Shown: in pieces, positions 1 through 9,588 of the stretch
Numbering within the stretch: the stretch's first letter is position 1
How the letters are laid out: every line of letters begins with the position of its first letter
Assembly (NCBI GenBank): GCA_041613315.1
Contig: JBFJHJ010000012.1
Span: 1 to 64,000, forward strand
DNA length: 64,000 bases
Direction: 5' to 3'
DNA from: Gemmatimonadales bacterium
Lineage (GTDB): Bacteria; Gemmatimonadota; Gemmatimonadetes; Gemmatimonadales; GWC2-71-9
Made by a program: the position numbers and the translations under genes
Notes under the pieces: generated by a model
What the model saw: only the letters and a program-made list of their open reading frames with translations
The model's database searches: none
What the model was told of the DNA's origin: nothing

Positions 1-111
1 GCGAGAGCGCTCCTTGCGCGCGGGATGAGCCGGCGCGACGTCGCCGATCACCTGGCAGGCGAGTTCGCCGTGTCGCGGAGGGAGGCGTATCGCATGGTGA
101 CCCGTCTGTGA
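1..111 (+). CDS. 3' end of a gene, probably 16S rRNA C1402 2'-O-methyltransferase RsmI (C-terminal helical domain), partial
   Basis: Frame 1 reads ARALLARGMSRRDVADHLAGEFAVSRREAYRMVTRL*, resembling RsmI C-termini; stop overlaps the next GTG start (GTGA). Confidence 0.55.
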   Translation, partial: ARALLARGMSRRDVADHLAGEFAVSRREAYRMVTRL

Positions 112-770
112 AGCTCCCCGCGTTCCTCCTGGCCCTGCTCGCCGGCGTCGGACCGGCGGCCGCCGCGCAGGCGCCGCTCGTCGTCGGGCGACTGCACTAC
201 GACGGCGGGGGCGACTGGTACGCCAACCCTTCGAGCCTGCCGAACCTGAGCGCGGCGATTCGGCAGCGGACGGCGCTCCGAGTGACCCCTCGCGAGCGCG
301 TCGTGCGGCTCACCGATCCCGACCTGTGGGAGGTCCCGTACCTTCACATGACCGGTCACGGGAATGTGCGGTTTTCCGAGGAAGAGGCCCGCGCGCTGCG
401 CCGCTACCTGGAGCAGGGAGGGTTCCTGCACGCCGACGACAACTATGGCATGGATGAGTCGTTCCGCCGCGAAGTGGCGAGGATCTTCCCCGAGCGGCCG
501 CTCGTGGAGGTGCCGCTCGACCATCCTATCTACCACGTGGTCTACGGCTTTCCGGAGGGGCTGCCCAAGATCCACGAGCATGACGGCCGACCTGCGCAAG
601 GATTCGGCCTGTTCTTCGGAGACCGTCTGGCCCTATTCTACTCGTATGAATCGGACTTGGGAGACGGCTGGGAGGATCCCGGCGTGCACGACGACGCCCC
701 CGAAGTTCGGGAGCGGGCGCTGCGCATGGGGGTCAACCTGTTCGTCTACGCCGTGACGGCGAGTCCATGA
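108..770 (+). CDS. DUF4159 domain protein, exported
   Basis: Signal peptide; YDGGGDWY, PYLHMTGHG, GGFLHADDNYG, SDLGDGWE, ALRMGVN motifs typical of DUF4159. Confidence 0.85.
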   Translation: MKLPAFLLALLAGVGPAAAAQAPLVVGRLHYDGGGDWYANPSSLPNLSAAIRQRTALRVTPRERVVRLTDPDLWEVPYLHMTGHGNVRFSEEEARALRRYLEQGGFLHADDNYGMDESFRREVARIFPERPLVEVPLDHPIYHVVYGFPEGLPKIHEHDGRPAQGFGLFFGDRLALFYSYESDLGDGWEDPGVHDDAPEVRERALRMGVNLFVYAVTASP

Positions 771-3700
771 CGGCGACCTGGCAGTGGCTCGACGCGCGCC
801 GTCGCGAGCTGGCGCGGCGCTACGCGGGGGCCGGGGTGCTCGGCACGGCGGGACTCGTCCTCGCGGCGTTCGCCGCCGGGGTTGTGCTGGCACGCGTCGG
901 CGCATACCGCACGGTGCCGTTGCTCGTGGTGGTAGGGTGGGGGATGGCGGCGGCCGCCCTCACCGCGGGGGTGTGGCGGATGCGCCGGGCGTTGCGTGGC
1001 ATCGCCGTGCCCGCGCTTGCGCGCGCGGCGGAAGCGGGCGGGCATCGTCGGCGCGGCTCGATTGCCGGCGTCGCGGCCCTCGAGGGCGCCGCCGCGCACG
1101 CCGGGCTCGCCCGGGCCGCCGATCGGGCGACCGCCCGGTGGCTCGCCAGTGCCGGCGCCGGCGCCCTCGGCGGCGTCCGGGTGGGCGCACAGCGGGCCGT
1201 GCGCCGGAGCGCGGTCGTGTTCGCCGCGGGGGCGCTGGGGTTCGCCGTCTCGGGCCCGCTCAGCGGCGCCGGGCGCGCGTTCTGGCAGCCGGCGGCGGTG
1301 CTCCTCACCGGCCGCGGGCCGATCCTGCTCGACGCGGACCGGACCGAGGTCCGCCGCGGTGAGACGGTGCGCGTGCGGATCACGGCGGCCGGCCGCAACG
1401 AGGTCACGTTCTGGTCTCGCGCTCCCGGCGAACCGTGGAGCAGCCGGCCGCTGGGGCTCGATTCGGCGGGTCGCGCCGTGGTCGTGCTCGGACCGATCGA
1501 GAGCGATCGCTTCGTGCGGGCGTCCGACGGACGGCGCACCTCGGCGACGCTGCGCGTGCGCGTCGCGCTGCCGGCGCTCCTCGCCGATCTGCAGCTCGTG
1601 GCTCGCTTCCCCCAATACCTCACGCGCGGCGACGAGCCGCTGGCCCCTGGAGCGGACGCCGTGGCGCTGCCTGTGGGGACGCGGATCATCACCTCGGGTC
1701 GCGCGACGGTGCCCCTCCGGGCGGTCGCGTGGCGCAGCGACAGCGCTACCGTGCCGCTCGAGACCGACGGACAGGCGTTCCGCGGCGTGCTCGTCGTGCG
1801 GGTCGGTGCCACGTGGCAGCTGGACGCGAGCCCCACGACCGGCGGGATGGACGAAGCGCCACCCGTGCTGCGGGTGATTGCCGTGCCGGACAGCGCCCCG
1901 GTGGTGACGGTCCCCGTGCCGGGCGCAGATACGCTCGCGCCGGTCTCGCTGCGGCTGGGGATCGTCGTCGATGCGCGCGACGACTTCGGGTTGGGCGGTG
2001 TCGAGCTCGTGAGCTGGCGCGTGAGCCGCCTCGGGGTGCGCGCCGCGCCGGTGGTGGAGGCGCTCCCCATGCCGGAAGGGGAGGCCGACCGCGTCGTGCT
2101 CCACGCGATCCTCGATCTCAACGGTCGGGGCTTCTTGCCGGGGGATACCGCCTACTACCTGGCACAGGCTCGCGACCGGGCGCCCACGCCCCAGATCGGC
2201 GCGAGCCGCACGTTCGCCTTGCGGCTCCCGTCCATGAGCGAGGTGCGCCGCGCCGTGCGCGAGGCGGGCGAGCAGCTCGCCGCCGGTGCCGATTCCGTCG
2301 CCGCCGCCCAGGGGGCTCTCGCGCGGGAGCTCGGCGAGCTCGCGACGGAGCGCGAGCGGGGCGCGGCCGCGCGAGAGGGCGGCGCCCTCGGCGAGCGTGG
2401 GCCCGACCAGCTGCCCTTCAACTCCGTCCAGCGGGCGCGCGAGTTGTCGGACCGCGAGCAGAGCATCGTGGAACGGGCCCGCGGCCTCAAGGACGAGTTA
2501 CGCGAGCTGTCGGAGACCGCCTGGCAAGCGGGCCTCACCGATCCCGAGTTCCACCGCCAGCTTCGCGACCTGGAGCGGCTGCTCGACCGCGCGGTCACCG
2601 ACGAGCTGTCGCAGCGGCTGACGGCGCTGCGGGAGGCGCTGGAGCGTCTCGACGCCGCCGCCGCGCGAGACGCGCTGCAGCAGCTGGCGGAAACCGCGGA
2701 GCAACTGCGGGAGGAGCTCGAGCGCAGCCGGGAGCTGTTCGAGCGGGCGGCCCTTGAGGGCGATCTCACCGCACTCGCCGCGGAGGCGGAGGAACTGGCG
2801 GCGCGGCAGCGCGAGTGGAACCACGCGGCGGCGCAGGGGGTGGACAGTGCGCTCGCGGCACGAGAGTCGGAGCTCGCCTCGCGGACCGACTCGCTCGCCG
2901 CGCAGCTCGGCGAGGTGCCGTCGGGCCGCGACGCCGCGGATGCGACAGGCCAGGCGCTGCGTGACGCCGCGCGGCGCTCGGATGAGGCGGGCGCCCACAT
3001 GCGTCAGGCGGCCCGGGACGCGGCGCGCGGGTCGCAGCAGCCGGCGCAGGCGGCCGGGACCAGAGCGAGCGAGGCGCTGGAGCCCGTGAGCCAGGAGATC
3101 CGTGACGAGCGGGAACGCCTGCGTGAGGAATGGCGGCAGGACGTGCTGGCGCAGCTCGACCGTGCGCTGGTGGAGACCGCCGAGCTGGCGCAGCGGCAGG
3201 AAGAGGTCGCGGCGCGCATGGGCGGCGGCGACGCCGGTGCCGACGTGCGTGGCGCGCAGGCCGCCGTCCGCGAGGGCGTCGATCGCGTGCGGGAGCGGCT
3301 GCAGAACGCCGCGGGCAAGAACGCGCTCGTCTCGCCGCAACTGGGCTCGGCGCTCGGGTTCGCGCGGCTGCGCATGAACGAGACGTTGGAGCAGCTGCAG
3401 CGGCCCACGCCCAATGCCCGGGCCGCCGGCCAACCGGCCGGCGAGGCGCTCGACGCCCTCAACGCCCTCGTGCACGCGCTGCTGCAGAGCCGCTCGGCGG
3501 TCGCGGGCGCCCAGTCGGGCTCGGGACTCGCGGAGGCCATCGAGCAGATGGCTCAGCTCGCCGAGCAGCAGGGGGCGCTCACCGGCCAAACCGGCGGGCT
3601 GATCCCGCTGCTGCCGGGTGGCGGCGAGCAGCTCTTGCAGCAGTTGCGGGCGCTCGCTCAGCGGCAGCAGGCGCTGGCCGACGAACTGGATCGGCTGCGC

Positions 3701-4054
3701 GCCCGGGGCGAAACGCCCGGCGCGGACGAACTCGCGCACGAGGCCCGGGACATTGCGCGCCAGCTGGACGCGGGCCGGCTCGACCGCGACGTCGTCGAGC
3801 GGCAGGAGCGGCTGTTCCGCCGGCTCTTGGACGCGGGCCGCACGCTCCGCAACGAGGAAGAGGACACGCGCGAAGAGCGCGTGAGTCGCGCCGCCGATCC
3901 GTCGCTCCGGGCGCTCCCGCCCGCCACCGGGACGGCGCCGCCGGGCGGCCCCCGGTTCCGCTATCCCACATGGGACGAGCTGCGCTCCTTGTCTGCGGCC
4001 GAGCGCCGCCTCATCCTCGACTACTTCCGCCGGCTCAACGATGGCCGTCCGTAG
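767..4054 (+). CDS. DUF4175-like membrane-anchored long coiled-coil protein
   Basis: N-terminal TM helices, beta-rich middle (DARDDFGL, AQARD), long Q/E/A/L/R coiled coil, C-terminal RLLDA...DYFRRL; ATGA coupling to upstream gene. Confidence 0.75.
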   Translation: MTATWQWLDARRRELARRYAGAGVLGTAGLVLAAFAAGVVLARVGAYRTVPLLVVVGWGMAAAALTAGVWRMRRALRGIAVPALARAAEAGGHRRRGSIAGVAALEGAAAHAGLARAADRATARWLASAGAGALGGVRVGAQRAVRRSAVVFAAGALGFAVSGPLSGAGRAFWQPAAVLLTGRGPILLDADRTEVRRGETVRVRITAAGRNEVTFWSRAPGEPWSSRPLGLDSAGRAVVVLGPIESDRFVRASDGRRTSATLRVRVALPALLADLQLVARFPQYLTRGDEPLAPGADAVALPVGTRIITSGRATVPLRAVAWRSDSATVPLETDGQAFRGVLVVRVGATWQLDASPTTGGMDEAPPVLRVIAVPDSAPVVTVPVPGADTLAPVSLRLGIVVDARDDFGLGGVELVSWRVSRLGVRAAPVVEALPMPEGEADRVVLHAILDLNGRGFLPGDTAYYLAQARDRAPTPQIGASRTFALRLPSMSEVRRAVREAGEQLAAGADSVAAAQGALARELGELATERERGAAAREGGALGERGPDQLPFNSVQRARELSDREQSIVERARGLKDELRELSETAWQAGLTDPEFHRQLRDLERLLDRAVTDELSQRLTALREALERLDAAAARDALQQLAETAEQLREELERSRELFERAALEGDLTALAAEAEELAARQREWNHAAAQGVDSALAARESELASRTDSLAAQLGEVPSGRDAADATGQALRDAARRSDEAGAHMRQAARDAARGSQQPAQAAGTRASEALEPVSQEIRDERERLREEWRQDVLAQLDRALVETAELAQRQEEVAARMGGGDAGADVRGAQAAVREGVDRVRERLQNAAGKNALVSPQLGSALGFARLRMNETLEQLQRPTPNARAAGQPAGEALDALNALVHALLQSRSAVAGAQSGSGLAEAIEQMAQLAEQQGALTGQTGGLIPLLPGGGEQLLQQLRALAQRQQALADELDRLRARGETPGADELAHEARDIARQLDAGRLDRDVVERQERLFRRLLDAGRTLRNEEEDTREERVSRAADPSLRALPPATGTAPPGGPRFRYPTWDELRSLSAAERRLILDYFRRLNDGRP

Positions 4055-5771
4055 CGCCCTCGCGGTGCTCCTGCTGGCTGCCGGGGCGCTTCCCGCACCG
4101 GCACAAACGAATCCGGCGACGGCGCTGGAGCTCGAGCGGCAGGGGCGCTACGAAGACGCGGGCCGCATCTATCGCACCGTGTTACAGGCGGAGCCCCTGA
4201 ACGTCGTCGCCCTCTTCGGGCTGGAGCGGGTGTACGCCGAGCTCGAACGCCTGGACGCGGTCATGCCGTACGTCCGGCGGGCCCTCGCCCAGCAGCCCGC
4301 CCATGGGCTCGTGCGCGAGGTTCAGTTCCGGGTCTGGACCGCGGTGGGCGGCGCCGATAGCGCGGCGGCGGCGGCGCGGGGGTGGATCGCCGCCCTTCCC
4401 GAGAGCGCGCTGCCGTACCGCGAGTGGGCGCTCTGGCTTGCGCGCCGGGGCGACGGGGCGGCGGCCCGTCGCGTGATGGACCTGGGGCGCTCGCGGCTGG
4501 GAGTCGCCGCCATCGCGCCGCACGCCGCCGGGCTCCACGTGGCATCGGGTGAGTGGGCGCTCGCGGCGGGCGAGTGGCGCCTGGCCGTGCAGGCGGACGA
4601 GAGCCAGTTGCGACCGGCGTCGGCCGATCTGGCGCGCACGCCGCCCCCGTGGCGCGATGCGGTGCTGCGGATCGTCCTGGGCCGCGGCCTCGACCCCGAC
4701 GAGCGACGATTCGCCTCGGAGCTGCTCCTCGAGTGGGCTCGGCCGGAGGAGGCCTGGACGCTGCTGGAGGCTTCGTTGCCGCGCGATCCCGCGCGGGCCG
4801 CGGGGCTGGTGCGCCGCTTCGCGGAACAAGCCCGGCGGCAGGCGACGCCGGAAGCCGCGCGCGCGCGCGGCTTCGCCCTGGAGCGCCTCGCCGGCCTCAC
4901 CGACGGGGCCGAGGCAGCGCGCGCCCGGCTGGAGGCGGCGCGAGCGTTCGCCGATGCGGGGGAGCTTCGGGCCGCCGAGCGGCTGCTCGATCGCCTCCCG
5001 GCCTGGCCCTCGGACCGCCCGGGCGACGGCCCGGCGGCGATGGCCACGTTCATACGGGTGCTCGCGGATGCCGGACGCGTCGCGGAAGCCGAGGAGCGCT
5101 ACCGAGAGTGGGAAGCGCGGCTCTCGCCCAACGATGCGGCGGCGCTGCGCGAGACTCTGGCGTGGGCGTGGGTGCTCCACGGTGAGTTGGATCGCGGCGA
5201 GCGGGCGCTTGGGCGCGACTCCACGGTCGGGGCGGCGGCGATCTTCGGGTGGATCGCCCTGTATCGTGGTGAGCTCGAAGAGGCGCGGGAGCGCTTCCGG
5301 ACGGCCGGCCCCTACGCACGCTCGCGCGAAGAGGCGACGCGCCGTTCCCGGATCCTCGCGTTGATCGAGCGCGTCGCCGCGCCTCGCGCGCCCGAGTTAG
5401 GCCGGGGCCTTCTGGTGCTCGCCCGCGGCGATACGGCCGACGCCGTCACCACGCTCGCCGTGGCCGCGCGCCGGCTGCCGGCCACAGGTGGGCGCGCCGA
5501 CGTGCTCGCCTTCGCCGGCGAGGCCGCCACGCACGCCGGCGCCTACGCGCTCGCGATCCCGTTGCTCCAAGAAGCACTCGGCGCCGACAGCGCTGGGCCC
5601 GCCGCGCCCGGCGCCGTGTACACGCTGGCCGCCATCGCCGCGGCCCGCGGAGAGCATCTGGAGGCGGTGGCGCGGCTGGAACAGCTCATCCTGTCCTATC
5701 CGGAGAGCGCCCTGGTGCCGCAGGCGCGGCGTCTGCTCGACCAGGTGCGCGGAACGATCCCGAGCTCATGA
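4041..5771 (+). CDS. Exported tetratricopeptide-repeat protein
   Basis: Signal peptide; helical repeats; C-terminal LEQLILSYPESALVPQARRLL (BamD/YbgF-like TPR end). Confidence 0.75.
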   Translation: MAVRSALAVLLLAAGALPAPAQTNPATALELERQGRYEDAGRIYRTVLQAEPLNVVALFGLERVYAELERLDAVMPYVRRALAQQPAHGLVREVQFRVWTAVGGADSAAAAARGWIAALPESALPYREWALWLARRGDGAAARRVMDLGRSRLGVAAIAPHAAGLHVASGEWALAAGEWRLAVQADESQLRPASADLARTPPPWRDAVLRIVLGRGLDPDERRFASELLLEWARPEEAWTLLEASLPRDPARAAGLVRRFAEQARRQATPEAARARGFALERLAGLTDGAEAARARLEAARAFADAGELRAAERLLDRLPAWPSDRPGDGPAAMATFIRVLADAGRVAEAEERYREWEARLSPNDAAALRETLAWAWVLHGELDRGERALGRDSTVGAAAIFGWIALYRGELEEARERFRTAGPYARSREEATRRSRILALIERVAAPRAPELGRGLLVLARGDTADAVTTLAVAARRLPATGGRADVLAFAGEAATHAGAYALAIPLLQEALGADSAGPAAPGAVYTLAAIAAARGEHLEAVARLEQLILSYPESALVPQARRLLDQVRGTIPSS

Positions 5772-7078
5772 AGCGGCGGAGCTTCCTCGCCGCGCTGGCG
5801 GCGTCGCTCGCCTGGCCCCGGCGGTCGGGGGGTCAGGCGGTGGCGCGGTCGGTCTGGGACCATGATCGTCCGACCGCCCAGTCGCTTCTCGTGCCGATGG
5901 ACGACCGCCAGTCCGACCACCTCAAGGCGTACGGCATCACGTACCGCGCACTCACCCGCGGGGGGACCGCGGAGTGGTTGCTCAACCATCGCGGTGGGAG
6001 CTTCCTGCTGCCCGACGACGCCGCGACGCGCCGCGAGGCGGCCCTCGCGGGGGTCTCGGTGGAAACCGCGTCGGCCGTGCGGGTCGTGGATCTGCGCGGC
6101 ACGATCCAGGCGGGTAACATGGACGCGGTCCTGCTCGAGAAGGCGCCGAAGGTCGCGGTGTACGCGCCGCCCAATGCGGCACCATGGGACGACGCGGTCA
6201 CCATGGCGCTGCAATACGCCGGCATCGAGTTCGCGAAGGTGTGGGATCCGGAAGTCGTCGCGGGCCGGCTCACGGACTACGAGTGGCTGCACCTCCACCA
6301 TGAGGACTTCACCGGCCAGTTCTCCAAGTTCTTCCTGACCTACAGCGGGTCGCCCTGGCTCACGGAAATGGTGCGGCTCAACACGACCACGGCCCGGGCC
6401 CTGGGCCTCGCCTCGGTGGCGGACCTGAAGAAGGCCGTGGCACGCGGGATTCGGACCTACGTGGAGCAGGGTGGGTTTCTGTTCGCCATGTGCACCGCCA
6501 CCGAGACGATCGACATCGCCCTGGCGGCGGAAGGCGTAGATGTGGCCGCGCAGTACAGTGACGGGACGCCGATGGACCCGGACGCGACGCGGCGGATGCG
6601 CTGGGACCGCTCGCTCGCCTTTCAGGGTGCGCGCCTCGAGACCTCCCCCGCGATCGCCAGCTTCTCCGACATTGACGGCCACCAGGTCAACAACCCCCCG
6701 CGGCGCCAGCCGCTCGGCGCGTTTCAGCTGTTCAACTTCAGCGCCAAGATCGATCCGGTTCCGACGATGCTGGTGCAGAGCCACCGCCGGGTGATCCCCG
6801 ACTTCTACGGCCTCACCACGTCCTTCATGCGGGAGCGTCTCAAGCCCGGCGTCACCGTGTTGGCCGACGAGCAGGGGGCGCCCTGGGTCAAGTACGTGCA
6901 CGGCGAGCACGGCAAGGGGACGTGGACGTTCCTCGGCGGGCACGACCCCGAGGACCCGCAGCATCAGATCGGCGATCCGCCGACCGACCTGTCGCTGCAT
7001 CCCAACTCGCCCGGGTATCGGCTGATCCTCAACAACGTGCTGTTCCCCGCCGCGAAGAAGCGCGAGCTCAAGACGTGA
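5768..7078 (+). CDS. Conserved exported protein, class I glutamine amidotransferase-like (family often auto-labelled 'asparagine synthetase B')
   Basis: Twin-arginine start MKRRSFL; HLKAYG, WLHLHHEDFTGQ, GGFLFAMC, GGHDPED, NSPGYRLILNNVLFPAA motifs. Confidence 0.7.
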   Translation: MKRRSFLAALAASLAWPRRSGGQAVARSVWDHDRPTAQSLLVPMDDRQSDHLKAYGITYRALTRGGTAEWLLNHRGGSFLLPDDAATRREAALAGVSVETASAVRVVDLRGTIQAGNMDAVLLEKAPKVAVYAPPNAAPWDDAVTMALQYAGIEFAKVWDPEVVAGRLTDYEWLHLHHEDFTGQFSKFFLTYSGSPWLTEMVRLNTTTARALGLASVADLKKAVARGIRTYVEQGGFLFAMCTATETIDIALAAEGVDVAAQYSDGTPMDPDATRRMRWDRSLAFQGARLETSPAIASFSDIDGHQVNNPPRRQPLGAFQLFNFSAKIDPVPTMLVQSHRRVIPDFYGLTTSFMRERLKPGVTVLADEQGAPWVKYVHGEHGKGTWTFLGGHDPEDPQHQIGDPPTDLSLHPNSPGYRLILNNVLFPAAKKRELKT

Positions 7079-9588
7079 CGCGCATCCCCCCGGAGCTCCA
7101 GGCTCGGCTGGCCGCGGACATCGCCCGCGCCGGCGGCCGCGAGGTGTCGTTCGTGGCTCGGATGGACACCGACGAGGCGTTCACGGACGTCCGGCCGGTC
7201 GCGCGCGGGACGGTCGACGCGGTGCTCGCCCTGCCGGGCGTCGCCCAGCGTGGGGAGATGGTGCTGCACAACCACCCGTCCGGCGTCCTGGAGCCGTCCG
7301 CTGCGGACCTCGCGGTGGCCGCGCGGCTGCACGACGGCGGGGTGGGATTCGGGATCATCACCAACGATGCGCGCGAGCTGTATGTCGTGGTTGAGGTACC
7401 GCGGGCGCGCCGGCTCGAGCCGCTCGACGCCGTCGCCACGGCGGAGACCCTGGGTCATGGCGGCCCTGTGGCGCGTGCGCTGGGAGCGTTCGAAGACCGG
7501 CCGAGTCAGCGCGACATGGTGGCCTATGTGGCCGACACCTTCAATGACGGAGGCATCGCGCTGCTCGAAGCCGGCACCGGCGTCGGTAAGTCGTTCGCCT
7601 ACCTCGTGCCTGCATTGCTCTGGGCCCGGGCCAACGGCGAGCGCACCGTGATCTCGACCAATACGATCAACCTGCAGGAACAGCTGGTCGGCAAAGATCT
7701 CCCTGTCCTGGCGCGGGCGTTCGACGACGGCGCGCGGCGGCCGACGTATGCCCTGCTCAAGGGGTGGAACAACTATCTGTGCCTGGCGCGGCTCCAGCTC
7801 GCCCGGGGCGGTCAGGGCTCGCTGCTCGAACCCGAGCGCCATCGGGAGCTGGACGCGATCGCGGAGTGGGCGGAGCATACCGCCGACGGCTCGCTGGCCG
7901 ATCTTTCCGACCCACCGACGGCGGACGTGTGGGACGAAGTGCGCGCCGAGCCCGACCTGTGCACGCGCCTCGAGTGCCCGTGGTTCGACCGCTGCTTTCT
8001 GTTCGCGGCGCGGCGCCGGGCCGCGGATGCGGATGTCGTCGTCGTGAATCATCATTTGCTCACGGCCGATCTCGCCGTGCGACGCGCCCAGGAGAACTGG
8101 CAGGACGCCGCGGTCCTCCCCCCCTACCGACGGCTCGTGATCGACGAGGCGCATCACCTGGAGGACGTCGCCGCTCAGCACCTGGGGTCGCAGGTTTCAT
8201 CCATCGGCGTGGGCCGTCTCCTGGGCCGTCTCGAGCGCAACGGCCGGGGACTCATCCCGACCCTCATCGCCGACCTGCGCGTGCGAGACGATCTCTTGAG
8301 CGAGGCGTCCGTCCAGTTGCTGCGCACCGCTCTCCTGCCGGCAGTGGCGGACGCGCGGGCGCACGCCGATCGTGTCTTCGGGCTCCTCGCGGATGAGCTC
8401 GTCGCCGACGGCGCCTCGGTACTCCGGCTCGACGACGGGTTCGCCCACCACGCCGTGTGGAACCGCGGCCTCGGCGTCGCGCTCGACAACCTCGTGGGCA
8501 CCCTCGGCCGGCTCAAGGACGGTGTCGAGACGGTGATGGATCGCCTGGAGCTGGACGAGGAAGCCGACCGCCGCTCGCAACTGGTGCAGGAGTTGCGCGG
8601 CGTCGTGCGCCGGCTCGAAGCGGCGGTGGACGGGCTCCAGCTCGCGCTCCGGCCGCAGCCGGGCCTCGCCCTCGTCCGCTGGCTCGAACGGCGGGGGAGC
8701 CGCGCGGCCGGCGCGCTCCCGTTCCCGATCGCCCTCGCGGCGGTGCCCCTGGATCTCGCCCCCCAACTGCGGGACGCGCTGTTCGATCGGCTGGAGACCG
8801 TGGTGCTCACCAGCGCCACGCTCGCGGCAGGCGGCGACTTCGCGTTCCTCAAGGAGCGGGTGGGCCTCGCCCAGCCGCCCGAGCTCACCCGGTTCGAAGA
8901 GATCCTGCCCTCGCCGTTCGACTACCCCGAGCAATGCCTGTTCGGCGTCCCGACCGACCTGCCGGACCCGCGTGCCGACGAAGCGGGGCACGACCGCGCC
9001 GTCGGGCGGGTCGTCGTCGAGTTGGCGCACGCCTCGGACGGCGGCATGTTCGTGCTCTTCACCAGCCACGCCCAGCTCCGTCGGGTCGCGGCGCTCGTCC
9101 GCGACGCGGTCGGGAGTCGCTGGCCCCTGCTGGTGCAGGGCGAGGGGCAGCGCGACCATCTGCTCCGGCGCTTTCGCGAGGCGGGTTCCGCCATCCTCTT
9201 CGGTACCGACTCCTTTTGGGAGGGCGTGGACGTGCCGGGCCGGTCGCTGCGCGTCCTGCTGCTGGCCAAGCTGCCTTTCCGGGTGCCGACCGAGCCGCTC
9301 ACGGCCGCGCGGCTGGAGGCGCTGGCGGCGCGTGGCGTGGACGGGTTCCGCCATTATCTCCTTCCCCTGGCGGCGCTCAAGCTCAAGCAGGGCTTCGGGC
9401 GCCTCATCCGCACTCGGGCCGACGCGGGCGTCGTGATGCTGATGGACCACCGGATCGCACGTCGCAGCTACGGTGAGGTGCTGCTGGCCTCGCTCCCGCC
9501 GGCGGCCCGCGTCGTCGGGACGTGGGAGACCGTACGTGGGGAGGCGGAAGAGTTCTTCGCCCGCCACGGGATCGGCGCGGTCCTGTGA
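7075..9588 (+). CDS. DinG/YoaA-family Fe-S helicase with N-terminal JAB/MPN (RadC-like) domain
   Basis: GTG start overlapping upstream TGA; HNHPSG..PS.AD JAB motif; EAGTGVGKS Walker A; DEAH; SAT; FWEGVD; QGFGRLIR; Cys set NYLC...CTRLEC...RC. Confidence 0.9.
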   Translation: MTRIPPELQARLAADIARAGGREVSFVARMDTDEAFTDVRPVARGTVDAVLALPGVAQRGEMVLHNHPSGVLEPSAADLAVAARLHDGGVGFGIITNDARELYVVVEVPRARRLEPLDAVATAETLGHGGPVARALGAFEDRPSQRDMVAYVADTFNDGGIALLEAGTGVGKSFAYLVPALLWARANGERTVISTNTINLQEQLVGKDLPVLARAFDDGARRPTYALLKGWNNYLCLARLQLARGGQGSLLEPERHRELDAIAEWAEHTADGSLADLSDPPTADVWDEVRAEPDLCTRLECPWFDRCFLFAARRRAADADVVVVNHHLLTADLAVRRAQENWQDAAVLPPYRRLVIDEAHHLEDVAAQHLGSQVSSIGVGRLLGRLERNGRGLIPTLIADLRVRDDLLSEASVQLLRTALLPAVADARAHADRVFGLLADELVADGASVLRLDDGFAHHAVWNRGLGVALDNLVGTLGRLKDGVETVMDRLELDEEADRRSQLVQELRGVVRRLEAAVDGLQLALRPQPGLALVRWLERRGSRAAGALPFPIALAAVPLDLAPQLRDALFDRLETVVLTSATLAAGGDFAFLKERVGLAQPPELTRFEEILPSPFDYPEQCLFGVPTDLPDPRADEAGHDRAVGRVVVELAHASDGGMFVLFTSHAQLRRVAALVRDAVGSRWPLLVQGEGQRDHLLRRFREAGSAILFGTDSFWEGVDVPGRSLRVLLLAKLPFRVPTEPLTAARLEALAARGVDGFRHYLLPLAALKLKQGFGRLIRTRADAGVVMLMDHRIARRSYGEVLLASLPPAARVVGTWETVRGEAEEFFARHGIGAVL

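Noticed and set aside
5768..7078. True asparagine synthetase AsnB
   Set aside because: No N-terminal Cys Ntn domain or SGGLDS motif; carries an export signal
7075..9588. Type IV CRISPR-associated CasDinG or a defence system
   Set aside because: No cas genes or array; embedded in a housekeeping-like coupled operon
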